NCBI GenBank assembly: GCA_014377425.1
Contig: JACMPQ010000003.1
Coordinates: 8,952-72,951, forward strand
Direction of reading: 5' to 3'
DNA from: Microbacteriaceae bacterium
GTDB taxonomy: Bacteria > Actinomycetota > Actinomycetes > Actinomycetales > Microbacteriaceae
Length of the DNA stretch: 64,000 nucleotides
Shown here: positions 38,311 to 46,968 of the stretch, piece after piece
How the letters are laid out: each line of letters starts with the position of its first letter
How positions within the stretch are numbered: the first letter of the stretch is position 1
Translations under genes and position numbers: made by a program
The notes under the pieces: model-generated
What the model was told of the DNA's origin: nothing
What the model saw: only the letters and a program-made list of their open reading frames with translations
Databases searched by the model: none

Positions 38311-39576
38311 TTAGGCGACCGGGCGGAACACCAAGCTGTCACGGGTCGTGGCGGCCGTAACGCTGGCCACGCTCAGATAGCCGGATGCCGCCAACTGGGC
38401 CAAGAGCGGCTTCGGGTTGCGCGGTCGGCGCTCCAGTCGCACGCGTCGACCTTCGGCAATGAGCGCAGTTTTGAGGGCGAGCAGCGCGGCCGGCGGGAGG
38501 TCGACGTCGTAGATGAGCGCGACGGCATCCGGCAACTCAGTCGTCGGTAGGGCCACGAGGTCGACAATGCGTTCAAAGCCGATCGAGAATCCGGCAGCGG
38601 GCACGTCTTCACCGAGGAAGCGGCCGATCATGCCGTCGTAGCGTCCACCGCCGCCGAGAGAACCGGCCGAATCGGGGTGTGTTATTTCGAAGATGGTGCC
38701 GGTGTAGTAGCCCATGCCGCGGGCGAGAAACGGTTCAAAAATAATCTCGGTGTCGCCGTCCACGGCGAGGCCAAGCTCCGCCAGCTCGGCAATCAGCGCG
38801 GCGTCGACTCCAGCGGGCAGTGCCGCGGTGATCGCCTCGACGCCGAAAGGGAATGGCAGCGTGGCAGGGCGCGCGAAGAAGGTTTCGAGTGCGTCGACCG
38901 CGGCGACGGCGAACTCGCGCTCGCGCAACTCGGCGATGACTCCCTCGGTTGCGATTTTGTCGAGCTTGTCGATGGTGATCACCGCGCTGCTGTGGGCGTC
39001 AGACGCAAACCCCAATGCGCTTAGCGCTGCGGCCAGAAGCCGTCGATCATTAATGCGAATGCTGCAGCCGCTGAGCCCGAGGGCGGCAAGGGTGGCGACG
39101 GTGGCGGTGATCAGCTCCACTTCGGCCAGCGGCCCGGACTCACCGATGATGTCAATATCGCACTGCACGAATTGGCGGTAGCGACCCCTCTGCGGCCGTT
39201 CAGCCCGCCAAACCGGCGCGATTTGAATGGCCCGAAACACGGTGGGAAGCTCGGCGCGGTGCGAGGCATAAAAACGGGTGAGCGGCACGGTGAGATCGAA
39301 GCGCAACCCCAGGTCGCTGAGCGCGAGAGGATCGGATGCCGTGGCAAGCTCCTCTGCGCCGAGCCCGCGCTTCATAATCGCGTAACCCAGTTTCTCGTTG
39401 TCTCCGCCGAGGCCGGCGTGCAGCCGCGCGGTGTCTTCCATCACCGGGGTCTCAATTTCGTCGAACCCGTGCGAGGTGTAAACCGAGCGGATGACTCCCA
39501 GCACCCGCTCGCGGCGGGCCTTCTCAACGGGCAAAAAGTCGCGCATACCGCGCGGAGGGTTAACGGAAGACGCCAT
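38311..39576 (-). CDS. hisS: Histidine--tRNA ligase (sequence type with a RFDLTVP motif)
   Basis: PRGMRDFLP, WRAERPQRGRYRQFVQCD (motif 2), RGMGYYTG, GGGRYDGMIGRF and GFSIGFERI, plus a C-terminal anticodon-binding domain. Alternative starts at 39594 and 39627. Confidence 0.88.
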   Translation of the reverse strand: MASSVNPPRGMRDFLPVEKARRERVLGVIRSVYTSHGFDEIETPVMEDTARLHAGLGGDNEKLGYAIMKRGLGAEELATASDPLALSDLGLRFDLTVPLTRFYASHRAELPTVFRAIQIAPVWRAERPQRGRYRQFVQCDIDIIGESGPLAEVELITATVATLAALGLSGCSIRINDRRLLAAALSALGFASDAHSSAVITIDKLDKIATEGVIAELREREFAVAAVDALETFFARPATLPFPFGVEAITAALPAGVDAALIAELAELGLAVDGDTEIIFEPFLARGMGYYTGTIFEITHPDSAGSLGGGGRYDGMIGRFLGEDVPAAGFSIGFERIVDLVALPTTELPDAVALIYDVDLPPAALLALKTALIAEGRRVRLERRPRNPKPLLAQLAASGYLSVASVTAATTRDSLVFRPVA

Positions 39577-39690
39577 AGTGTCAGTGTGGCGCATGCCTGC
39601 AGGCGCGTGCGCCGGCAGGAATCCCACGCACCAGCATCCCGCTAACCTAGGGCCGGGAACGGCCCGTAGTCACCTAACGACGGAATTATT

Positions 39691-40503
39691 GTGAGCGCAT
39701 TTCTGCACAGCGTGGCCAGCGTGGTCGCGCTCGAGCTGGGGTACCGCGTACGCCGGATCAGTTGGTACGTGCTTATCGGCGTATTTTTTGCACTCCTGGC
39801 CCTCGGCACTGTTCTGGTGTACCTGATTGTGGGCCTCACCAATGGCGCAACTGGAGCGGCGTTCTACTCGGGCATTATATATGTTGTTGCGATCTTGAGC
39901 GTGCTCTTTATTCCCGCGCTCAGCGGTGGCGCGCTCAACAACGACAGGGAGGCCGGGCGGTTCGCTGACCTGCATCGGCGCGCTCCTACTCGGTCAACGC
40001 TGGCGACTGAGGGTCAGGTCGTGATCGGTACATTTTTGGCGGCATGGCTTAGCACGCTCGCTTTCCTCATCACCGCACTGCCCGCGTTGGCCTATGCGGC
40101 GTTCACCGCCGACCAAATGCCGGAGGGAATCCCGATAGATCCTTCCCTGATCGTTCTCGCGCCCATGCTCCTGGTGTTCCACTTCGGAATTGTTGCCGCA
40201 CTCGGGGTCGGATTCAGTGGAATTTTTGGCCGCCCGCTGTATTCGATCGCGGCCAGCTACCTGGTGAGTCTGTGCGTTGCGGGCGCAACACTCATCGCGT
40301 GGTTACTCGCTGTCGCGTTTCAACCGGACACAGACCCCCACATTCCCGAATGGGCGATCGGAATCGGAGCCCACTTTCTTCTTTCCGTTGGTTCGCTCTA
40401 TTGGGCGTACCGACGCGCCAGCGTTTTAGGCAGAACCAACGCGCCAGCAGCATCCCAAGCGGTGGCCCCTCGGTTGCGGCATCCCGCTAACCTAAGGCCA
40501 TGA
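39691..40503 (+). CDS. ABC-2-type transporter permease (paralogue 1)
   Basis: 270 aa with ~6 TM helices. The N-terminus MSAFLHSVASVVALELGYRVRRISWYVL parallels the 41537 protein. Confidence 0.8.
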   Translation: MSAFLHSVASVVALELGYRVRRISWYVLIGVFFALLALGTVLVYLIVGLTNGATGAAFYSGIIYVVAILSVLFIPALSGGALNNDREAGRFADLHRRAPTRSTLATEGQVVIGTFLAAWLSTLAFLITALPALAYAAFTADQMPEGIPIDPSLIVLAPMLLVFHFGIVAALGVGFSGIFGRPLYSIAASYLVSLCVAGATLIAWLLAVAFQPDTDPHIPEWAIGIGAHFLLSVGSLYWAYRRASVLGRTNAPAASQAVAPRLRHPANLRP

Positions 40504-41540
40504 GCGACACTCAATCTTTTTCGGGCGGGATCGTAGTCAGCGGGGTGCGTCGAGCCTTCGGCACGGTGTACGCCGTGCGGGATGTCTCCTTCACCGCCGA
40601 GCCCGGCACGGTCACCGCGCTGATTGGTCCGAACGGTTCCGGCAAGACCACCCTCATGCTGATGCTCGCCTCACTTCTGCGACCGGATGCCGGCAGAATC
40701 CGTATCGCCGGCCACGACCCGCTCACCGCAACTTCCGCCGTGCGACAAGCGGTGGGATGGATGCCGGATGTGCTCGGCTCCTGGGCCAGCCTCAGCGTGC
40801 GCTCGACGCTCGAAACCACCGGCCGCCTGTATCGAATGGACCGGATGACAGCCGCCGCCCGTGCCGCCGAGCTCATCGCCTTGGTCGGGTTGACCGAACT
40901 CGCCGACCAGCCCACGCGCGTGCTGTCGCGGGGACAGAAGCAGCGGTTGAGCCTCGCCCGCGCCCTCGTGCACGACCCAGAGGTGCTCTTACTGGATGAA
41001 CCGGCCTCGGGCCTTGACCCGGTGGCCCGAATCGAACTGCGACGCCTGGTGCGACGCGTGGCCGCGGAAGGCAAAACGGTGCTGGTATCGAGCCACGTGT
41101 TGGCCGAACTCGACGAGATGGCGGATGCCGCGGTCTACATCGAGCACGGCGTTACCGCCTCGACGGATCGCGTGGCCGGGGCGAAACGCTCGGCGAGGGC
41201 CTGGCGCATCCGCTCGAGCGACCTCTTGGGGCTGGAACACGCTCTGCTGTCGATCGGGGTTGCACAGGCCGAGATCACGCGAGACCGAGCCGAGCTGCTT
41301 GTCGCGGTCGGCAGCGAAACCGCCGCCGCGGAGTTGTTGCGGCGGATTGTGGCATCCGGTCTGCCAATAAGCGTTTTCGCTCCCGCCGTCGGCGACCTCG
41401 AACACACCTTCCTCGATCTGAGCCGCAGTGCGGCGGCGGTAAGCGTGACGCGAGCGCCAATCACCACCATGCCAACCACCTCCATGCCAATCACCTCCAC
41501 GCCGACCGATTCCATTTCGATTGATGGAGACGGCCGATGA
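40500..41540 (+). CDS. ABC transporter ATP-binding protein
   Basis: Walker A GPNGSGKTT, signature LSRGQKQRLSLARAL, Walker B LLLDEPASGLD. 4-nt overlaps with both neighbouring genes. Confidence 0.93.
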   Translation: MSDTQSFSGGIVVSGVRRAFGTVYAVRDVSFTAEPGTVTALIGPNGSGKTTLMLMLASLLRPDAGRIRIAGHDPLTATSAVRQAVGWMPDVLGSWASLSVRSTLETTGRLYRMDRMTAAARAAELIALVGLTELADQPTRVLSRGQKQRLSLARALVHDPEVLLLDEPASGLDPVARIELRRLVRRVAAEGKTVLVSSHVLAELDEMADAAVYIEHGVTASTDRVAGAKRSARAWRIRSSDLLGLEHALLSIGVAQAEITRDRAELLVAVGSETAAAELLRRIVASGLPISVFAPAVGDLEHTFLDLSRSAAAVSVTRAPITTMPTTSMPITSTPTDSISIDGDGR

Positions 41541-42643
41541 GCGCATTCTGGGGCGGCGTGGCTGTCATTCTCTCGCTTGAGCTTCGACAGCGCGTGCGCG
41601 GTATTGCTTGGTACGTGCTGCTCGGCGTATTCGTCTTCCTCGTTGCGATCGTTACCGTGCTGCTCAAGCTGGCGTTCAGCTTCTATCCAACCGGCGGCGA
41701 AGGAGTAGGCGACTCGGGCGGAGCGTCCGGCGGCGGGGCGATCTTCTCCGCCGTAATTTACTTCGTGCTGCTGCTCGGCACACTGGTGGCTCCGGCACTG
41801 AGCGGAACCGCCATCAACGGCGACCGTGACTCCGGAACCCTCGCCACCACTCAAGTGACGCTCATCACCACCGGACAGCTCCTACTGGGCAAGTTTTTGG
41901 CCGCCTGGCTCGCGGCGCTCGCATTTCTCGCCGCCGCGCTGCCGTTTTTGATTTACGCGGCAATTCAGGGCGGAATCGACTGGGCGACCATGATCGTCTC
42001 CGCCCTTGTGCTCATTTTCGAGCTTGGGATCGTCGCCGCCATCGGGGTTGGCCTGAGCGGGATCCTGAACCGACCGCTGTTCTCGATCGTGGTGAGTTAT
42101 CTGGTCGTCGCCGCCCTGAGCGTCGGCACGCTCATCGCTTTCGGACTGGGTGGTGTGGTGGTGCAGTCCCAAGTGGTGGGTACCGAACGCACCTTTGTCA
42201 ACGAGCCGACCGATGGTTCGGCCGGCTCTGAGCTGCCGGTCAATCCCGACGCCCCGATGGCCTGCGGGCCCCCCACCGTCGTTGAATCAACGGTTCCGCG
42301 ATTTGATCACTTTTGGGGAATTCTGGTCGCCAACCCCTACGTGCTGCTCGCCGATGCGGTGCCGACCCAATTTGATACAAACAGCTACCCGGTGGATCTC
42401 TTCGGCGTGATCAAGATGGGGGTTCGTAGCGTGCAGATTGCCCCCGACCTTCATCCGGTGAACGACTACTGCAAAGATTTTGCAGCCGGACCAAACGCGA
42501 AGCAGATCATCAACTCCACCGCCCCGGGCTGGGCAGTCGGGATGGCGCTCCACCTGTTGCTCGCGCTGGGGTCGCTGTTTTGGGCGTACCGGCGTACCCG
42601 CACCCCGAGCGGCAAACTGCCTACCGGTACCCGGATCGCCTAG
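41537..42643 (+). CDS. ABC-2-type transporter permease (paralogue 2, with a large extracytoplasmic loop)
   Basis: 368 aa. N-terminus MSAFWGGVAVILSLELRQRVRGIAWYVL, and a DRDSGTLATT motif as in NosY/ABC-2 permeases. Confidence 0.8.
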   Translation: MSAFWGGVAVILSLELRQRVRGIAWYVLLGVFVFLVAIVTVLLKLAFSFYPTGGEGVGDSGGASGGGAIFSAVIYFVLLLGTLVAPALSGTAINGDRDSGTLATTQVTLITTGQLLLGKFLAAWLAALAFLAAALPFLIYAAIQGGIDWATMIVSALVLIFELGIVAAIGVGLSGILNRPLFSIVVSYLVVAALSVGTLIAFGLGGVVVQSQVVGTERTFVNEPTDGSAGSELPVNPDAPMACGPPTVVESTVPRFDHFWGILVANPYVLLADAVPTQFDTNSYPVDLFGVIKMGVRSVQIAPDLHPVNDYCKDFAAGPNAKQIINSTAPGWAVGMALHLLLALGSLFWAYRRTRTPSGKLPTGTRIA

Positions 42644-43470
42644 GGGGCTAGCTCAGCTGTAGCAGTAGCAGTAGCTGCGGCTGTTGCTGCCGCTGCGGCT
42701 GTCGCTGCCGCTGCGGCTGTCGCTGTGGCTTCAACCGCACGGATACCCCGCTGCAGTTCCCGCAGCGCGGAGCGCAGGGCGCGTTCGGCGTCGAATCCGG
42801 CCACCCGCGCTGCGCCGACAATGCTTAGCAGCAGCGCTCCGAGTTCGGCTTCGTCGGCAACGGTGACGGGTGGGCGAGTGGCCGCAGCTTGGGCAGGCTG
42901 CGCCGCCGCATCCGGCACACTCAGCCCCACTTTTGCCGCCCGGCCGAGGAGTTTGTCAGCGAGAAGCAGTGACGGTAGCGACTGCGGAATGCCGTCGAGC
43001 ACGCTCGTGCGGGTGGGCTTCTCGCGGGCTTTGAGGTCGTCCCAGGCGGCCACCACGTCGGCGGCGGTGTGCTCCCGCGCTTCGGCGAAGACGTGCGGAT
43101 GCCGCCCCACCATCTTGGCCGTCATGTGCGCGGCCACGTCCTCGAGGTCGAACGGTGCATCGGCGTAATGAGCGGCGATGTCGGCGTGAAAAATCACCTG
43201 GTAGAGCACGTCACCGAGCTCCTCAAGCAACTCGTCTCGACTTCCGCAATCGATTGCGTCGACGAGCTCGTGGGTCTCCTCAATGAGGTGCTTCACGAGA
43301 CTTTCATGGGTCTGCTCCAAGTCCCAGGCACAACCGCCCGGTGCCCGCAGCTGAGCGAGCACTGCGATGAGTTCGGCCAGTTTCGGATGCCCCGACCCGG
43401 CGTCTGGCGTGCCTGCAGGCAGTGGGACAGGCAGTGGAACCGGCAGTGGGACCGGCGTGAGCTCAGGCAT
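42640..43470 (-). CDS. mazG: Nucleoside triphosphate pyrophosphohydrolase MazG
   Basis: GGCAWDLEQTHESLVKHLIEETHELVDAI and EELGDVLYQV. ATG at 43470 (MPELTP). The longest ORF extends to 43524. Repeats are present at both termini. Confidence 0.88.
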   Translation of the reverse strand: MPELTPVPLPVPLPVPLPAGTPDAGSGHPKLAELIAVLAQLRAPGGCAWDLEQTHESLVKHLIEETHELVDAIDCGSRDELLEELGDVLYQVIFHADIAAHYADAPFDLEDVAAHMTAKMVGRHPHVFAEAREHTAADVVAAWDDLKAREKPTRTSVLDGIPQSLPSLLLADKLLGRAAKVGLSVPDAAAQPAQAAATRPPVTVADEAELGALLLSIVGAARVAGFDAERALRSALRELQRGIRAVEATATAAAAATAAAAATAAATATATAELAP

Positions 43471-43544
43471 TCGGCCATCATCCCACTCGGCACAGCGATC
43501 GACCGAGCGCGTGTCTCCAAACACACATCTGGAAGAATGGCACG

Positions 43545-44321
43545 GTGATCAGCCCGACCGCCGAATACGCACGTGTGCTGTTCGGCGCCCTGCTCTTGGT
43601 GGTGGTCGCGCTGCTGGTGCTGCGGGCGGTGCGCAAGGATCGCCGCGAATACCAGCGGTTCAAGTCATTTATCCGCAGCGATCGTCGACAGCGCATGTAT
43701 CGCAAATGGCTCATCCAGTCGGCAACGGTTTTCGGCGGCGGGTCGCTCCTGCTGCTCGCCTTGCTCTGGCGGCATGTGCCGCTTCTTCTCGCCGACATCA
43801 ACGGCGTAGCTTGGATCGACCAGTTGCGAAGCGGGTTCAGCGCCTCCGGCGCACTCGGACCGGGCATCATGCTGGCGGGGTCTTTCGCCGTTCTGGCTCT
43901 CCTCGTTATCGGAGTTTTCGCTGCCCGCCGGGGCGATCCGGTGGCCTCGATCGGAGATATTGTGGCCCTCCTGCCCCGCAATCGGGCAGAACTCCGCTAC
44001 GGCGCTGCCCTGTCGATCAACGCCGGCATTGTGGAGGAGCTGATGTTTAGGCTCGCCATCCCGACCCTCATTTTTGCTGTGACGCGCAACGGCGCCGTGT
44101 CGTTCGCCTTGGCCGTGGTCCTTTTCGCCCTGCTTCACCTGTATCAGGGCGCGGAAGGAGTAGTCGGTTCCGGCTTGATCGGGGTGGTGTTGATGACCAT
44201 TTTTGTGGCCACCGGTTCGATCGTTGCGGCCATCATCGTGCACGCCTTCATCGATTTGCGCTCACTGGTGCTGATTCCGCTCGTAGTCAACCGCGTCTGG
44301 AATACGGATGTCGAGCGCTGA
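43545..44321 (+). CDS. CPBP-family intramembrane glutamic endopeptidase (CAAX protease type)
   Basis: EELMFRLAIP, FALLHLYQG and HAFIDL motifs in a polytopic membrane protein. Confidence 0.85.
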   Translation: MISPTAEYARVLFGALLLVVVALLVLRAVRKDRREYQRFKSFIRSDRRQRMYRKWLIQSATVFGGGSLLLLALLWRHVPLLLADINGVAWIDQLRSGFSASGALGPGIMLAGSFAVLALLVIGVFAARRGDPVASIGDIVALLPRNRAELRYGAALSINAGIVEELMFRLAIPTLIFAVTRNGAVSFALAVVLFALLHLYQGAEGVVGSGLIGVVLMTIFVATGSIVAAIIVHAFIDLRSLVLIPLVVNRVWNTDVER

Positions 44322-44419
44322 CGGGCCGTTGAGAAAACGGGCCGTCAAGAAAACGGCACGTGAGAAAACGGGCCGATTAGAAAGCGCGCCGATGAGAAAA
44401 ACGGCATGCAGGCGGGAAA
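44321..44419. repeat. Six tandem ~16-bp units, consensus ACGGGCCGTTGAGAAA
   Basis: Units start at 44321, 44337, 44353, 44368, 44384 and 44401, beginning at the last base of the CPBP stop codon. Each good copy contains the palindrome ACGG-N-CCGT. Confidence 0.9.
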
Positions 44420-44479
44420 GCTGTCGCGTAGTTTGGCAAGCCGTGGCACCGGTTGACAGAGGCGCGGGGTAAAAAGCGA

Positions 44480-44507
44480 TGGGCCCCGAACCGAAGTCCG
44501 GGGCCCA
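44480..44507 (-). terminator. Intrinsic terminator of the LAXTG-protein gene
   Basis: Stem tgggccccg/cggggccca (9 bp). On the minus strand it is followed by TCGCTTTTTAC. Confidence 0.7.
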
Positions 44508-44539
44508 CCGTCGTGTTAGGCGTGCAGCTTTGTTGCCGG

Positions 44540-45115
44540 TTAGGCGGCGGCGCGCTGGCGACGCACGGCAACGCGCACAATCAAGAGTGCGATCCCGAGC
44601 AGCAGGACGCCGCCGGCTGCCCACATAAGCAGCATGGTGATGGGGCTGACGCCGGTGCTCGCGAGAGCCTTGCCACCGGTGCTGTCAAGAGCCTTACCGC
44701 CGGTAGAGGCGGCGGAATCTACCGGGGCAACTGCGAGAGCGGCGGTGGCGACCCGGCCGGAGGTGACTCCGGTGGCCGTGGTCGTGTAGGTGCCGGTCGC
44801 ACCAACGGGGATGGTCACCTTGATAGTGACGGCGCCGCCGTGGGCCTGCTTCGTGAGGGATGCGGTGCTCCTGGCCTTCAGGACAGCAAGCTGCGCTTCC
44901 GGACCGTCGCCGACAACAACAAACCTGACGCTCTCGTCGCCAGCGAATGATCCCGGGGCGAAGGCAACATCAACCGGGGCACCCGCAACAACCGGGCCCG
45001 AGGTGGTCACATTCTGGGCCGGAACATAGTCGGTGGCGAATGCGGCGGTGGGCACGGCGAGGAGCGCCACAATCACCAGTGATATCGCTGCGGTGGTGGT
45101 CTTGAACATGAGCAT
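44540..45115 (-). CDS. Cell-wall-anchored surface protein with a LAXTG-type sorting signal
   Basis: Signal peptide, an Ig-like beta-rich body, then ALASTG followed by a hydrophobic helix and an RRQRAAA tail. Confidence 0.8.
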   Translation of the reverse strand: MLMFKTTTAAISLVIVALLAVPTAAFATDYVPAQNVTTSGPVVAGAPVDVAFAPGSFAGDESVRFVVVGDGPEAQLAVLKARSTASLTKQAHGGAVTIKVTIPVGATGTYTTTATGVTSGRVATAALAVAPVDSAASTGGKALDSTGGKALASTGVSPITMLLMWAAGGVLLLGIALLIVRVAVRRQRAAA

Positions 45116-45180
45116 TCGCCTCTATCTCGCTGTGGGTCGTGCGCTCGGTAAGTGCGCCTCGTGCCCAGAGACTAGCGCAC

Positions 45181-46968
45181 TCAGACGACGCACATGTTAC
45201 CCCTTGTGACCAGCAAATTTGAGTTTTCTACAGGGTTTCCTTCGGTGAGGATTTGTCCAGAAAATGGGGCCTTCCCGAGCCAGGAGAAAACTAACTCCGT
45301 GGACTGGCCGGGTGCAAGCTGAATGCCTACCGAATTCACCGGATATCCGGTGTCTAGCGTGGGGCGGTACCCCGTGGGAGCCCCATCACGAGACACTGAA
45401 AGGCTCGTGGTGTCGGGTGCGCCATAGACCGAGATAAGAGTCTTTACGCTGCCCAACGGCACCCCGAAGAGCGCACCCCCGGAAACATATTCGGGTAGGG
45501 AATTCACCTCATTCACAGGAAGGGTATTGGTCAAGGTCACCCGTACGTTGTATTGCGGCCGGTGATCTTTTCGACACTCCACCTTCGTAACCCCGGTGGT
45601 GAGCGAAAGATACCGGTCCATCTTTGCGCCGGTGGCATCGTTGAAATAGACCCCGAATCGCTTTGCTTTTGCGGTGCTCACCGGCAGCCCACCGGCGAAC
45701 GTGGTGTCGGTGAGCACCGCCTGCTCCTCCGGATGCGCGCTCCAAATAAGAATTCGACGCTCCGTTCCTGCCCGACCCATGGCCTTCACGAGTGCGACCG
45801 AATCGGGCTTCCCCTTCGCGAGTTCGCCGAACACGGCGGCCGCCGCGGAGGCGAAGAATTTGTCCTGATCGGACGGCTTGACAAAGCGGTGATAGACGTC
45901 ACTGAGAAGCAACTTCACCGCATTCGCCGAGGTCAAGCGCTCGCCGCTCGGCAGAACGATCGGGCCGGTGGCATTGAGGAGGTAGCTCAGCGCCACAGGA
46001 TCGGCGGTGATCACGCCATCCACCGTAATCCCGTACCGCAGACGCCACATCTCGCGAGCCAGCTGGGCGGTGAGGGAAAAATTCGGGGTGAGGCCGACAT
46101 CCTGAATAAACTCTCCGACGATGTCGCCGTAGAGCGCGCTGGTCTCTGCGGGAAGTGCCAGCACCGGTTGCGGATGATGCGGAAAATCTCCGCTGGTGGC
46201 CTGTGCCGCTAAGGAGATTCGACCGTTTTCGGTGTGGATGACCGCCAGCGCTCCGGTGATGCCCCCCGATGCGCGTAGCTCAGCCGGGGTTTGAAACAGC
46301 ACCAGGTAGTTTCGCGGCCCTTTCGCGCCGAGCATCGGGGGGAGCAGACGCAGGGTGCGATCCACGGAGCTTAGGGCGGTGACCGCCGTCTGCAGCGTGG
46401 TGTCGAGTCGCCCGACAGCCCTTCGCACAGAGTCAGCGGTGGAGTCAGTAGTGATATTCCGGGTCTGTTGCTGGGCAAGCAGCAGCGCGTGGGCTGCCTT
46501 CGCCACCACCGGTTGAAGTACCGCCAGCGGGGCGAGATCGATGGCGCCATTGACCGGGTGAAAGTCCCGCAGGTGCACGCTGCTCGCCACTCGCACGAGC
46601 GGAACGACGGCATCTCGGTCTACCTCGTCAATGATCGTGGCCACACTGCGTGTGGCGGTCAGGTTCGGGCCCACCCACGGGAGCCACTCACAGGAACGCC
46701 ACACGACGTCACTGGTGTAACCGGAGGCCGCGGCGGTCTCTGCGCTCAAGCGCGTGCTCAACTTTTGGGCACCGGCGATGTCGCCGGTGATTACCGCACT
46801 TCGAATGGCGCTGAGCCTGGTCTCCGCGTTCTCCAGCTCGGTTTTGGCCAAGAGACCACGCACCCCGACCCACGCCGCACAGGCGAGAAGCGCCACGCTG
46901 AGCGTCACGATCGAGATCACGATGGTGCGACGTGCGGGCCACGGTGCGGGCCAAAGTTTTCCGGTCAA
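45181..46968 (-). CDS. DUF4012-like membrane-anchored protein of EPS loci
   Basis: About 595 aa with one N-terminal TM helix and a large extracytoplasmic domain. A probable TTG start at 46968 overlaps the upstream stop (TTGA). The longest ORF extends to 47115. Confidence 0.7.
   Translation of the reverse strand: MTGKLWPAPWPARRTIVISIVTLSVALLACAAWVGVRGLLAKTELENAETRLSAIRSAVITGDIAGAQKLSTRLSAETAAASGYTSDVVWRSCEWLPWVGPNLTATRSVATIIDEVDRDAVVPLVRVASSVHLRDFHPVNGAIDLAPLAVLQPVVAKAAHALLLAQQQTRNITTDSTADSVRRAVGRLDTTLQTAVTALSSVDRTLRLLPPMLGAKGPRNYLVLFQTPAELRASGGITGALAVIHTENGRISLAAQATSGDFPHHPQPVLALPAETSALYGDIVGEFIQDVGLTPNFSLTAQLAREMWRLRYGITVDGVITADPVALSYLLNATGPIVLPSGERLTSANAVKLLLSDVYHRFVKPSDQDKFFASAAAAVFGELAKGKPDSVALVKAMGRAGTERRILIWSAHPEEQAVLTDTTFAGGLPVSTAKAKRFGVYFNDATGAKMDRYLSLTTGVTKVECRKDHRPQYNVRVTLTNTLPVNEVNSLPEYVSGGALFGVPLGSVKTLISVYGAPDTTSLSVSRDGAPTGYRPTLDTGYPVNSVGIQLAPGQSTELVFSWLGKAPFSGQILTEGNPVENSNLLVTRGNMCVV

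Noticed and set aside
39577-39690. T-box or other riboswitch leader upstream of hisS.
   Set aside because: The region is only ~115 nt and is shared with the divergent ABC operon. I could not find a specifier-loop/T-box (AGGGUGGNACCGCG-like) sequence. Only a short GGGCCG-GGAA-CGGCCC hairpin is present.
44321-44419. Possible CRISPR array.
   Set aside because: The units are contiguous with no unique spacers and are too short at 15-19 nt. No cas genes are in the window.
44262-44624. 120-aa minus-strand ORF across the 16-bp repeat array.
   Set aside because: Its sequence (NRPVFSRAVFLTARFLNGP...) is only the translated repeat. It also runs through the terminator hairpin and into the LAXTG gene's 3' end.
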